Shown piece by piece: positions 47,148-56,771 of a stretch of DNA of 60,498 nt (within the stretch, counting starts at the first letter, position 1; every line of letters starts with the position of its first letter). The DNA is taken from the UHGV virus genome UHGV-1361614; one strand, written 5' to 3'. Source of the stretch: a virus. Under the pieces are notes generated by a model. That model was not told the DNA's origin, made no database searches, and worked only from the letters and a program-made list of their open reading frames with translations. The position numbers and the translations under genes were made by a program.

Positions 47148-48586
47148 TTTGCAGCACCTCCCGCTTTATTTAATTTTGTCGCAATTTCTTGAGCTTTTCT
47201 TTCCTGTTCTTCTACATCTTCAATGGTTTTCCACAAATTATCTAAATAGGATTTAGACAGAAGAAATGTCTTTTCTGCATCTCCCCAAAGACCTACCGTT
47301 TTAATTGCTACAAGTGGGTGGATGCCACATTGGAGAAGTTGGAGCAACGTCTGTGATTTTGTATACATATTATCCTGAGGACTATGATTAATCTGTACAT
47401 CAAAGTCTCTAACAGAAAGTTTTAAATCGTGCCCTGCTAAACGGAGAATATTAAGCGCAACTACCGCTAAACGTTTTTCGGAAGATTTTACAATTGGGTC
47501 CTTTAGCTTTGCTCTTGTCTTAGAAAAATCCCACCCATTACGGAGTTGGACAGCCCCTTGTGTATCACCACCAGTATTACTTTGTTTTGTCGGAATAGCT
47601 AATATAGACAAAGCATTATCCCACATATCATCTTTCGCAACCTGACATTGTGTTTGGTTGAGCTCCTGCGTCATTATCTCAACATCAGATTTGTTATCCT
47701 TGTTGGTTGATGTAACAACCAATGCATGGCTTTCCTTCATCTTCGCAAATGTTTCTTCATCAATCTGACAATTGACAAATTTCACAAAGTATTCTACAAA
47801 TTGCTGTATTCCATCTACACGGTTAGACTGCATATTATTAATTGCATCTAGCATAGATGACACCAATTCGATGTCCGAAATGCGTTCGTGGTTATTTGGA
47901 TATTCAACAATTGGGATTTCTCCGTATGTATGGAGTTTCGCCTCTAATACTTTGCTATCAACAATTTTGTAAGACATTGTGTCCGAAAACGCCATTTTGT
48001 AAAATCTTCCATTTTCATCTTTCAATTCTTGCACAGCCAGCAAAGGTTCTTCTGTGCTTCGGTTATAGATAACAAATGTATTCATCGGTGACGGTGCAAC
48101 AATCCTAAACGGTACGTCCCCTTTTTTGGGCTGTATAGCTTTAAAAGAAGTTCCAGTTGCTGACTGCCACTCACCAGACTTGATGTCTTTTTCCTGTTTG
48201 TTGGCATCTGACATATAATCATTAAGTTCATCAACAGCTTTATTAATAGCTTTATCATCTTTCCTACTAATAAACTGTATTGGTTCTCCATATGTCTGTC
48301 CAACTTTAAATTGGACTATTTCGTATGCATGGTTTTCAACAACCTTATTCAAAATATCTTCGTTGGACAGCTTTGTTCTGTAAAGCACCGGTTGATCTCC
48401 TTTGTAGTAATTCCAAAGGTATCTAATTGCTGTTCTGTTGTAGTTAAAGATCCCAATGCAATTTGCGATAACGTCCACTACGTTATTTACAGTAATGACA
48501 TCTGTATCTGTATATGCTATTTTTCTTCCATATCGGCCTTTGACAAGTTCTTGAAAGCTAACCATATTCCTGTTTAAATTCATCAT
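47144..48586 (-). CDS. portal protein (SPP1 gp6-like)
   Basis: 480 aa; size typical of SPP1-type portals. Confidence 0.7.
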   Translation of the reverse strand: MMNLNRNMVSFQELVKGRYGRKIAYTDTDVITVNNVVDVIANCIGIFNYNRTAIRYLWNYYKGDQPVLYRTKLSNEDILNKVVENHAYEIVQFKVGQTYGEPIQFISRKDDKAINKAVDELNDYMSDANKQEKDIKSGEWQSATGTSFKAIQPKKGDVPFRIVAPSPMNTFVIYNRSTEEPLLAVQELKDENGRFYKMAFSDTMSYKIVDSKVLEAKLHTYGEIPIVEYPNNHERISDIELVSSMLDAINNMQSNRVDGIQQFVEYFVKFVNCQIDEETFAKMKESHALVVTSTNKDNKSDVEIMTQELNQTQCQVAKDDMWDNALSILAIPTKQSNTGGDTQGAVQLRNGWDFSKTRAKLKDPIVKSSEKRLAVVALNILRLAGHDLKLSVRDFDVQINHSPQDNMYTKSQTLLQLLQCGIHPLVAIKTVGLWGDAEKTFLLSKSYLDNLWKTIEDVEEQERKAQEIATKLNKAGGAAK

Positions 48587-48779
48587 TAACCACCTTTAAT
48601 ACGCATTGTCTCTAATCTCCGATCGCTGCCATAAGTTGAGCTGCTTGGTTGATGTTTTTAACACAATCCATATCATCTGCTTCTTCTGGAGTCACATATT
48701 GCATCAATAATAAGAAAAGACTATTAATGGCTTTTGATTGTAAATCTATGATTGCCTGTTGCGTAGCAAACATTTCTAC

Positions 48780-48937
48780 TGTATTCATAAAATTTTGTCA
48801 AGTTAACGAATCCACCACTTCGCTAACTACCTCTCTAAGATTAAAAAGTTTTGGAACCTGTTCTTTTGTATATGCTCCGCTGAGTACCAGGCTCACCCAT
48901 GTTTTTACCAGTGCACTGTCTTTTGTGAATACCATAA
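48780..48937 (-). CDS. small protein, paralogue of 48939..49136
   Basis: Own translation: ..ALVKTWVSLVLSGAYTKEQVPKLFNLREVVSEVVDSLT aligns with PLVKTWVRLVRENIYSKNDVPNLSNLREIVWKILDKAE in the neighbour. Confidence 0.3.
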
Positions 48938-48938
48938 A

Positions 48939-49136
48939 TTACATCTCCTCATTTTCTGCTTTATCCAAAATTTTCCAAACAATTTCACGTAAATTGCTCA
49001 GATTAGGAACATCATTTTTAGAATAAATATTTTCTCGTACAAGTCTTACCCATGTTTTTACTAATGGGCTGTGTTCATCAAACATAAACGTATGTCTCCT
49101 ATTCAGTTGATTGAGGCACCATTGTTGCAAGCACAA
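48939..49136 (-). CDS. small hypothetical protein (tandem paralogue)
   Basis: 65 aa. Confidence 0.35.
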   Translation of the reverse strand: MCLQQWCLNQLNRRHTFMFDEHSPLVKTWVRLVRENIYSKNDVPNLSNLREIVWKILDKAENEEM

Positions 49137-49512
49137 TGGTCAATTCAGCAATCGCCATATCGCTGTCTGTTCTAGCCTGTTTTAATTTTTCTTCGAGCTC
49201 AGCAATCTTCTTTTCTTGCTGTTCTTCTTTTGTCATAGGAATATCAGGCATCCAAGTTTGTCCTTGCGCCCAATAGGTATCAGGATCAGCTTCAATTTGC
49301 CCTTGTGTATCTTTTGTCCTAAAAAAGACTTCATCATATACATATTCCATGCCACCAGATAAGTTTTCGTCATCAGAAAGGTAAGGTGCTTGGACAATAT
49401 TTTTTCTCATCCATACATCCGCCATTCCATCCGGTCGTGCTGAATATTGTATTTCCTTTGGAATTTCTGCAGCGTGTGCTGTTGTAATCATCCCATTGTC
49501 TCCTTTCTTCAT
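49099..49512 (-). CDS. hypothetical protein
   Basis: 137 aa; true start probably an internal Met, because it overlaps the RT 3' end. Confidence 0.35.
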   Translation of the reverse strand: MKKGDNGMITTAHAAEIPKEIQYSARPDGMADVWMRKNIVQAPYLSDDENLSGGMEYVYDEVFFRTKDTQGQIEADPDTYWAQGQTWMPDIPMTKEEQQEKKIAELEEKLKQARTDSDMAIAELTIVLATMVPQSTE

Positions 49513-50734
49513 TTATTAGGTTCTGAATTTTCCTATCAAAATCTGATATTACTTTTTCCGCAAAATGCAATACTCTGAAAAGTCTCAGCCTTTTTGATAC
49601 GTTTTTAGAGTCGCTGTTATCAAACTTGCCTTTAAAAGACATCAGTCTGCGGGCTTCTTTTAGCCCCAATTCTTTTCCTCTGGCTATCTTTGCCCTGGCT
49701 CTTAGAATTCCTCTTCTATGCCGCCTAAAAGTCCTGCGGCGTATGGTCATATGATCGCAATACACTCTATAACCCATCATATCTATATCTCTGCCATGAC
49801 ACTTGCCGTCTGGTCCGATGTAATCCGTAACTTCTATTCGCCAATTTGGCTTGATCGCAAGTCCTAAGGATCTATGCAATTCTTCCGTCAGTAGCTCCAT
49901 AGCCTTCTTCAAATCACGCTCTGATGCTCCCAAAAGCAAAATATCATCCATAAACCAAATCTGATGATAGGCTAAACGAGTGCGGACTACATCTCCACTT
50001 TTCTTCCTACGGGCCTTATACAGCCTCTCGCTTATGTAGTGATACGCATGCGACAAATAGTAGTTACAGGCAAACTGTGAAAAATATGAGCCGATCGACA
50101 GCCCTTCCGGGAATGAGTCAATCAGTTCACAAATCAACCATAGCAGTTTGGGATTTTTAACATCTCTGGCAAATCTTGCCTTTATGCGGTCCTGAGGTAT
50201 GGAAGGATAACACTTGCGTATATCTCCTTTCACCCAGTAACGGCAATGCTTTGGATCCAACTGGATCCACTTCTGTATCTGCCTTGCACCTTTCTCCTGG
50301 CCACGGCCTGGTATAGATGCCATTTGATACGGTCCGATTTTAGCCATAAACATTTCTTTGCAGGCTTCCACAGCGACATAATCAAAAATTTGATGTATGG
50401 GCTTCTGGATACCGATCCGGCGCCATTTTCCACATACATCATCGTACTTATCTTTAAACTCAATTTCTGGCAGATCAAGTTTTTCATCAATCAGCCGTTT
50501 TTGTACATCGTCCGCTATCTTCTCGATGCAATCGGGCAACCAATCTGTTACTCCAATCCTCATCATCTTGCAGACTTGACGGTAGGTAAGACTTGTATAT
50601 CTGGATAAAAAGTGCTGCACATCCGCACGGCCTTTCTTTCCGTCCAGCCATAGGTATATGCAGCGCTCTATAAATCCTATATCTATAATATCGACGCATT
50701 TATAACGTCTCATAGCAGTCCTTTCTGATCTCAA
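49373..50734 (-). CDS. reverse transcriptase, DGR type (DGR-2)
   Basis: 453 aa; FMDD catalytic motif (IWFMDDILLL); DGR-specific motif 4 GLSIGSYFSQFACNYYL (SQ motif); its TR lies about 190 bp upstream. Confidence 0.85.
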   Translation of the reverse strand: MRSERTAMRRYKCVDIIDIGFIERCIYLWLDGKKGRADVQHFLSRYTSLTYRQVCKMMRIGVTDWLPDCIEKIADDVQKRLIDEKLDLPEIEFKDKYDDVCGKWRRIGIQKPIHQIFDYVAVEACKEMFMAKIGPYQMASIPGRGQEKGARQIQKWIQLDPKHCRYWVKGDIRKCYPSIPQDRIKARFARDVKNPKLLWLICELIDSFPEGLSIGSYFSQFACNYYLSHAYHYISERLYKARRKKSGDVVRTRLAYHQIWFMDDILLLGASERDLKKAMELLTEELHRSLGLAIKPNWRIEVTDYIGPDGKCHGRDIDMMGYRVYCDHMTIRRRTFRRHRRGILRARAKIARGKELGLKEARRLMSFKGKFDNSDSKNVSKRLRLFRVLHFAEKVISDFDRKIQNLINEERRQWDDYNSTRCRNSKGNTIFSTTGWNGGCMDEKKYCPSTLPF

Positions 50735-50918
50735 GGGCTTTCGGTGTGACTACTAACCCCCTGGCATGTCCTCCGCCATGCCGCCGTAGCTGCTTTTCCA
50801 CAGTTCCGGTGCCGTCTCGATCAATTTTAGGGATTGCTCCCAAGGCTGCCTAAGCAGGCCGGTTGCACGACGCTGCAAAGTGCAAAACAACTTTTTCAAC
50901 ATTGTTTTATCAGAAAAA

Positions 50919-51024
50919 CGAGAGCAGTAGTTCCACCTGCCCCTGTCCAGGGTGTTGTTCAGATTCGAGCACCGGAGGCCAGCATTCGACCTATCGTTCA
51001 GATTGCCGCCCCAGAGCGGGGAAA
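50919..51024 (-). repeat. DGR-2 template repeat (TR)
   Basis: 106 bp; coding strand carries AAC/AAT codons; differs from the VR at 51149-51250 at about 16 positions, every one a TR adenine. Confidence 0.85.
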
Positions 51025-51114
51025 AACCACAAAGCGCACCTTGCAGCCCTTTATCTTTAGTATTTTATTTTTTTAATTAAGGGGCGCTCCCCTCTCCGCT
51101 ACGCGGTTCACCCC

Positions 51115-52953
51115 CTAAGCGGCTACGCCGCGACGGAGAGAGGAAAGGCGAGAGCAGTAGAACCACCAGCCCCCGGCCAGGGAGTTGTACAGATACGAGC
51201 ACCGGAGGCCAGCATACGACCAAGCGTGCAGACCGCCGCCCCAGAGGAACTCTCTCAGCGAGGTAGTTCGTTTTCCGGTATGCAGTCCATCGCAAAAACC
51301 TGTTGTGGATGATCCCGTAGCTTCAATTGGTAACTGCAAAAACGGATATCTTGGATCATATCCTTCTTTTGATATATACTTCCAACTGTCATTTGTGTCC
51401 GGGATCGTAATATCAAGCTTTACATAATCATCAGTCAACTTGTTATTTGCAATCTTTCGATTGTCATTCACGATGTAAGGCGTCTGACTGCATGTATCGG
51501 CATCAGAGTCATATACACTAGATAAGATAATGTCTGAAATAGTGGTATATGCGCCATGAGACAACTCAACTCCTGACAGTACAAATGGTTCTTTTCCCGA
51601 TGTGCAATTACTTGGTGATCCGTCCGGTCCTAAAACATCGTCACAATCCCCTGACCACCAATGCATCGTTGACAGATATACCGGAGATGTCAGAGTATCG
51701 TTCAGCGCAACTGTATCCGTGCTAAATGCCGTCGGTGCATCTACATACACCGCGCTGTTGTTATCATCATAATCCTCAATCTTGAGAATCTTCACATCGT
51801 CCGCATACTTATGCACGTTATCGTTTCCTCGATCAGTATTCACCGTTCCATTCTGGATAAATCCATATCCGATTGATGCATAGGAGCCGACAACAAGATT
51901 TTTCGCATTATTCTTTGATATAATAATTCTTTTTACATCATTTTCAATTACAGTAGCAGGATACTGATAAGAGTAACCCGTACATCCAGTCATAGTGACC
52001 TGAGAGTTTCTGTTGGCAAACTTCATATCCATCATCCACTGCGCCCACGCTACGTCTGTAGATGTCATACCACAGTACTGAGTACCCTTCTTTGCAAACA
52101 TGCTGATCTGCCCGTTGTGGGATACGTCTCTAATTAGTTTCTTACCAGAAATAGATGATACAATGTTTTCGTCATTGTAAACACCCGGATACTTAGCCAC
52201 AAAGTAGAATGATCTGTATGTACCATCCTGCCTTACAGCTCCATCCCAAGGCTTCATGCCATCAAGCTGATGATCTGCAAAATCCCAGCTATCTTCCATA
52301 TCATTGTAAATGCGCTTATAAAACGGGGTCAGGAACGCCATGTAGACATCTCCGTTGCTGCCGTCCCTAGAAAATTCTGGCGATCCTTTTACAGCTGTGA
52401 TATGCGGTTCTCCGTCTTCATCAACATAGCCGTTGACTTCGATACCGTTAAACATCAAGTCTGTAACCGGCTTGTCCGCCAAATCATTTCTTCCCTTTGT
52501 GGTAGCTGTAGAAGTCTGCACTACAACGTCCGCATTATCTCCGGTCTTGGTACCGAGCGGGGACTGAGAAGAGGCAAACTGTGGGAAGGTTACACCGCCA
52601 TGCCAGCCGGTACGATGCAGGTCAAACCACTGACTCCAGGTTATAGCGTCTTCTTTATCAGCCTTTTTATCATTAAGAGTAGTAATTCCCCTCACTAAGT
52701 CTCCCATACCCTCAGGTAAGGCATCCGTTCCGACTTTTTTATTTACCCCATACAAGGCAGCCATGCTCGGGATTTTATTTGCATCGTCAGCAATCTCGTC
52801 TTTTACCGCATCTATAATTGCTTTGACGCCATCGGCAGCACTTTTGATACCTGCCTCCATGTGATTAAGTCTGTCAGCATTTATAGGTGTTGTTTTATCC
52901 GGAGCATTTTTCCAGGATTGCTCGCTATAATCTTTTACATTGTCCAGTTTCAT
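51115..52953 (-). CDS. DGR-2 variable target: tail fibre-like receptor-binding protein with C-terminal VR
   Basis: 612 aa; N-terminus MKLDNVKDYSEQSWKNAPDKTTPINADRLNHME is typical of phage tail fibres; C-terminus WGGGLHAWSYAGLRCSYLYNSLAGGWWFYCSR aligns with the TR-encoded WGGNLNDRSNAGLRCSNLNNTLDRGRWNYCSR. Confidence 0.8.
   Translation of the reverse strand: MKLDNVKDYSEQSWKNAPDKTTPINADRLNHMEAGIKSAADGVKAIIDAVKDEIADDANKIPSMAALYGVNKKVGTDALPEGMGDLVRGITTLNDKKADKEDAITWSQWFDLHRTGWHGGVTFPQFASSQSPLGTKTGDNADVVVQTSTATTKGRNDLADKPVTDLMFNGIEVNGYVDEDGEPHITAVKGSPEFSRDGSNGDVYMAFLTPFYKRIYNDMEDSWDFADHQLDGMKPWDGAVRQDGTYRSFYFVAKYPGVYNDENIVSSISGKKLIRDVSHNGQISMFAKKGTQYCGMTSTDVAWAQWMMDMKFANRNSQVTMTGCTGYSYQYPATVIENDVKRIIISKNNAKNLVVGSYASIGYGFIQNGTVNTDRGNDNVHKYADDVKILKIEDYDDNNSAVYVDAPTAFSTDTVALNDTLTSPVYLSTMHWWSGDCDDVLGPDGSPSNCTSGKEPFVLSGVELSHGAYTTISDIILSSVYDSDADTCSQTPYIVNDNRKIANNKLTDDYVKLDITIPDTNDSWKYISKEGYDPRYPFLQLPIEATGSSTTGFCDGLHTGKRTTSLREFLWGGGLHAWSYAGLRCSYLYNSLAGGWWFYCSRLSSLRRGVAA
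51149..51250 (-). repeat. DGR-2 variable repeat (VR)
   Basis: At the 3' end of the target gene, about 10 codons before the stop; followed by a GC-rich imperfect hairpin at 51088-51148. Confidence 0.85.
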
Positions 52954-52965
52954 TTTGTCTCCTTA

Positions 52966-53169
52966 CTAATAATTAAATGTTATTCCAGAAGAGCAGTTCC
53001 GAGACGGAATAGGTTCGAGTTTTGCTTCATCAGAATCAACATAATACACAACTCGTTTCCAGCATTTGCGGCACTTTAGCACAATAACATTTATTGTAGA
53101 TTTTCCATCCCATCGGCCAACACGTCTGCCGCAGCGAGGGCAATATATTGTTTTAGGTTCAGATTTCAT
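52966..53169 (-). CDS. Com-like zinc-ribbon protein
   Basis: 67 aa; CPRCGRR ... CRKCWKR; the architecture recalls Mu Com. Confidence 0.45.
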   Translation of the reverse strand: MKSEPKTIYCPRCGRRVGRWDGKSTINVIVLKCRKCWKRVVYYVDSDEAKLEPIPSRNCSSGITFNY

Positions 53170-53289
53170 AAAATTCTCTCATTTCTGCAAAAGAAAAACG
53201 CTATCGTTTCGATAGCGCCTCTCAGGGGATTGGATAGTTTGGATTTTTTCAAGTATATTTTATAACATTGTTTTTTCGAAAGATAGATA

Positions 53290-53733
53290 CTAAGTAGGGA
53301 CATTTGGGGACATTTTGTCCTGAATATATTCTTTCCCATACATTTTCTCAAACAGATTTAATGCACTATACAAGATACGCTTTGTTTGTTTAAGTGAATA
53401 CACGCCTTCCAAATGAATGGCTTTAATTTCTACTCCAAGGATATATTTCTGGGCAAGCACATCGTACATATTCATGTCTGGAATGCTCTCAATCTGCTGC
53501 ACGATTTTTTTCCGCTTATCAATACTGTCATTGACTTCACGCTCCATATCCACTATTTTGCTCACATAAGAGCAAATTTTATCCGGGTCCTTAGTAGTTT
53601 GAACACGATCCGTATTGCTCGACATAGGGGCAGTTCCGCAAATAATTTCTCTGAGGTTTGCAATTTCTCTGATTTTATTCTCAACCATGCGGTCATATCT
53701 GCGGACCTGTGATAAATATTCCTTAGTTTCCAT
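53290..53733 (-). CDS. putative late-gene transcriptional regulator (ArpU/RinA-like) or small terminase-associated HTH protein
   Basis: 147 aa; C-terminal HTH-like DVLAQKYILGVEIKAIHLEGVYSLKQTKRILYSAL; stop abuts the large terminase start. Confidence 0.4.
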   Translation of the reverse strand: METKEYLSQVRRYDRMVENKIREIANLREIICGTAPMSSNTDRVQTTKDPDKICSYVSKIVDMEREVNDSIDKRKKIVQQIESIPDMNMYDVLAQKYILGVEIKAIHLEGVYSLKQTKRILYSALNLFEKMYGKEYIQDKMSPNVPT

Positions 53734-55481
53734 TATCTCAACCTCCTAAATGGATTTACTGCTGCTTCTACTTTTGCTACTCTATTTCCCTGGGTAACTC
53801 TTAATGCGAAGTTTGAAAATACATCCGGAACGTCATCCAATTGCTTTTTTCCAGATACCGAATACTGCTTTAATAGCGACATCATTATGCCATACGGCTC
53901 ATTTGGCCTGTAAAGAGACTGGTCCTTAAAAATAACATGCTGCAAGATCCAGCTTGAACATTGAAAAATCCTAGCTTCCTTATTGGTTTCTGTTGGAATG
54001 TCGGTAATATTGCATATCCAGCCTTTAGCCTCTACGCGCTTATTAACTTCCATTGCTACTCGATCACCACCGGCATTTCGCTCAAACTCGCATTCCTGTA
54101 CCTCATTATTTACCAGGATGTTTGCAGCATTCTCATACTGCATTTCGTAATCGGCAGTATTGTCGCACACAGCATCTACACAATAGTAATCTTCACCATA
54201 TTTCTGAAGAACCGGAAGAACAAAAAAGTCAGTTCCTTTTCCCTTCGTATCGCATTCTGCTGTGATAATTTCCGGTGTACCATGCGGTAGATTAAGATAC
54301 CTACGAATTTTGTCATCCGGAAACAAGAGGCCTTCACGCTCAATAGGTTGCTGTTTATACAGGCACTTATACGAAATTTCATCCATTAAAAGCTGCTGGT
54401 CCGCAAAGAAATCTACCGTAAATCCTGAGAACTCATAGTCAAAATTGCTTTCGCCAGTAACCGGGTCTATATCCGGGACCGCAATAACTTTTACTCTTGG
54501 ATTTCCAGCGTACATATTTTGGATACGACCAATAACATCATGGACACTCCAACGTGTGGCAATATGGATTTCCTTGCAATTATGTCCGTCTGTATCCTGT
54601 ATTTTTCTTTGGCGGGCATCTACAGCGTATTTATTCCATAGTTTTTCAAGGATAGCCGGATTTAAAGCCTCTTCGATACCGCCGATCATATCATCTACCA
54701 GAAGAAATTTTGATGCACGGACCTTACCAGCATTCTTACTTCCTACAGATGTACATTGGACAGACGGGAACGGCTTATATTTTCCCACGTTGAACTGCTC
54801 AACTTTTGCATTAGTACTTGTAACATACAAGTCTGGAAAAATCTCATTCCATGCGTATTCATCAGAATTGGTTACAATATCGTACATGCCGTCGTAATAC
54901 ATTCTGGTAATGTCACCGCTATGTGAATAGAATAAGTTAAAATCTTTTGGATACCAACCAATTACCGCTGCATTAAAGAATTTTTCGATTGTGGTCTTTC
55001 CAGCGCCAGGGATAAGGCTAATACACAAAATATCGTATTTATCATCAATCATGCCTTGCAGCGCATCAATTAGACCTATTTTTAAAAATTGCTTACGCCT
55101 AGGCATGTAAAATCGTTCCCGTGGCTCTCTCTTCTTTTCGATGTACCGAAAAAAGCTATCAACATTTTTATTTCTGGCTTCAAGTAACAATACTGAATAA
55201 AACTTTTCGATTAGGTCCAACACTGTCTTATTTGTGGTTTTACTGGAAAATGCATATTTTTCCAGGTCCCAGATTGTACCACCAGTTTGAGCCACACAGT
55301 AAGCTTCTATAAGCTCTTTGGCACGGTTCGTAAGCTGCAAACCATAGCTTATATCATTTTCATCATTTACAGCCACGTCACAAGCCTTTGCGTAGGCTTC
55401 AACTACAGATATGTCTATTCCATGCAGCTGTATGTATTTTTCATATTCTTGGATTTTTTGTCTTAGATATTCAGATGCCAA
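53733..55481 (-). CDS. terL: terminase large subunit
   Basis: 582 aa; Walker A ISLIPGAGKTT; Walker B FLLVDDMIG; C-terminal nuclease-like acidic residues. Confidence 0.85.
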   Translation of the reverse strand: MASEYLRQKIQEYEKYIQLHGIDISVVEAYAKACDVAVNDENDISYGLQLTNRAKELIEAYCVAQTGGTIWDLEKYAFSSKTTNKTVLDLIEKFYSVLLLEARNKNVDSFFRYIEKKREPRERFYMPRRKQFLKIGLIDALQGMIDDKYDILCISLIPGAGKTTIEKFFNAAVIGWYPKDFNLFYSHSGDITRMYYDGMYDIVTNSDEYAWNEIFPDLYVTSTNAKVEQFNVGKYKPFPSVQCTSVGSKNAGKVRASKFLLVDDMIGGIEEALNPAILEKLWNKYAVDARQRKIQDTDGHNCKEIHIATRWSVHDVIGRIQNMYAGNPRVKVIAVPDIDPVTGESNFDYEFSGFTVDFFADQQLLMDEISYKCLYKQQPIEREGLLFPDDKIRRYLNLPHGTPEIITAECDTKGKGTDFFVLPVLQKYGEDYYCVDAVCDNTADYEMQYENAANILVNNEVQECEFERNAGGDRVAMEVNKRVEAKGWICNITDIPTETNKEARIFQCSSWILQHVIFKDQSLYRPNEPYGIMMSLLKQYSVSGKKQLDDVPDVFSNFALRVTQGNRVAKVEAAVNPFRRLR

Positions 55482-55580
55482 TAGAAAAGCACCTCCACTT
55501 AAAAAGCAAAGGTGCTATTAGACCTCTGCCTATAATTTTTTAGGTTACCGGCTAACTCTGTTCATTAGCCGGTAATTACT

Positions 55581-55976
55581 TTAATTTAATTGTTTAATAG
55601 CGTTTTCACAAAACCTTATATGGCTTTTACATAGTTCAATTCTCGTTTTGTTATCAACAATAACTCCGTCAAAACACTCTGCATATGCTTTTATTTTTTC
55701 TCTAGTCATTTCGATTTCTGCCAAAAACCACTCTTTCGATTTAGAGTAATTATTGCAAAGTTTCAATTCATCGCATATGCATTTTGTGATATCACAAAAT
55801 GGTTGCGGGTGTTCTACTCTGCTCAAAGCATCTTCAAAAGTGCATTTTTCTTTGTAGTCCATAATAATGCCAACAGCTTCATATTTTCCAAGATTAACTC
55901 CCAAAAACCTATCAGAAACTGTATTCCATATTGCATATAAATTATCTACATCGTCCTGAAGAGCAACAATCAACAT
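55581..55976 (-). CDS. hypothetical Cys-containing protein
   Basis: Start moved to MLIVALQDD, which has an AAAGGA RBS. Confidence 0.4.
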   Translation of the reverse strand: MLIVALQDDVDNLYAIWNTVSDRFLGVNLGKYEAVGIIMDYKEKCTFEDALSRVEHPQPFCDITKCICDELKLCNNYSKSKEWFLAEIEMTREKIKAYAECFDGVIVDNKTRIELCKSHIRFCENAIKQLN

Positions 55977-56107
55977 ACTATTCCTTTCTTTTTTGCCCGG
56001 CTGCCGTCGCAATCTACAACATCTCTTTTGACCAGATTGGTATTTTACCGCAATGGTGCGTGGGTGCAATGAATTTTCCCACCTCGGGCAAACATAGCAT
56101 ACAAAAA

Positions 56108-56180
56108 TAGACCATCTGTGATTTGAACCCAGGACAAACCGCTTATGAGGCGGTCGCTCTAGCCACTGAGATAACGGTCC
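56108..56180 (-). tRNA. tRNA-Met-like (anticodon CAU)
   Basis: By-eye cloverleaf: acceptor GGACCGU / AUGGUCU with two G-U pairs; anticodon stem ACCGC/GCGGU; loop CUCAUAA; T-arm CUGGG-UUCAAAU-CACAG with one mismatch. Confidence 0.45.
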
Positions 56181-56331
56181 ATAGCGGTTTCCAGTTTTTG
56201 AGCAATGTTTAATTATCGCAAACAGCCGCTAGCATAACCGCTTACTATATACATTGCTCTAAATCCCGGCATTGTCATTCTTGCTGAGGCTTACCGCCGC
56301 GCTCAGATTAGTTGGGAGCGACCCAACAACA

Positions 56332-56421
56332 TGAGGAAGGGAGGAATTGAACCTCCAATGTTTACCGCAAGGGAACTGATTTACAGTCAGCTGCAACACC
56401 GCCAATCGTTGCCGCTTCCCC
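56332..56421 (-). tRNA. tRNA-Tyr (anticodon GUA), class II with long variable arm
   Basis: Acceptor GGGGAAG / CUUCCUC; D-stem GCAA/UUGC; anticodon loop CUGUAAA; T-arm GGAGG-UUCAAUU-CCUCC; discriminator A; no encoded CCA. Confidence 0.55.
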
Positions 56422-56698
56422 AAACTGCATATGCCCCGTGAAAGCATTCTAGGTGATATGCAAGCACCTGACAGCCTTGTGCGTGACTACCGAACGGATT
56501 TTAATGTCTTTTCTGACATGAGGGTTGTCGTACAATAGGAAAGAAGGTGGCTGCCTATAACAGTTACGTAATGCGCAGGTTGATTTTCACGAACCCCACC
56601 GGACCTTGTGACGATCCTTTAATCAGCTTTCCGCTAGTGGGTCAGGGAGGATACCTATATGAAAACCATACAAGTATTGGGGCCAATGCACACCCCAG

Positions 56699-56771
56699 CT
56701 AGGCTACCGGGATTTGAACCCGGGCATCCAGGTGTCAAAGACCTGTGTCTTCACCGCTTGACTATAGCCCA
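56699..56771 (-). tRNA. tRNA-Gln (anticodon UUG)
   Basis: UGGGCUA-UA-GUC-AAGCGGUGAA-GAC-A-CAGGU-CUUUGAC-ACCUG-GAUGC-CCGGG-UUCAAAU-CCCGG-UAGCCUA-G; the U1-A72 closing pair is the bacterial tRNA-Gln hallmark. Confidence 0.6.

Noticed and set aside
49373-50734. RT-2 as a group II intron or retron reverse transcriptase
   Set aside because: There is no maturase or endonuclease domain and no intron-like domain V. The DGR SQ motif and an adenine-specific TR/VR pair are adjacent; the same reasoning applies to RT-1.
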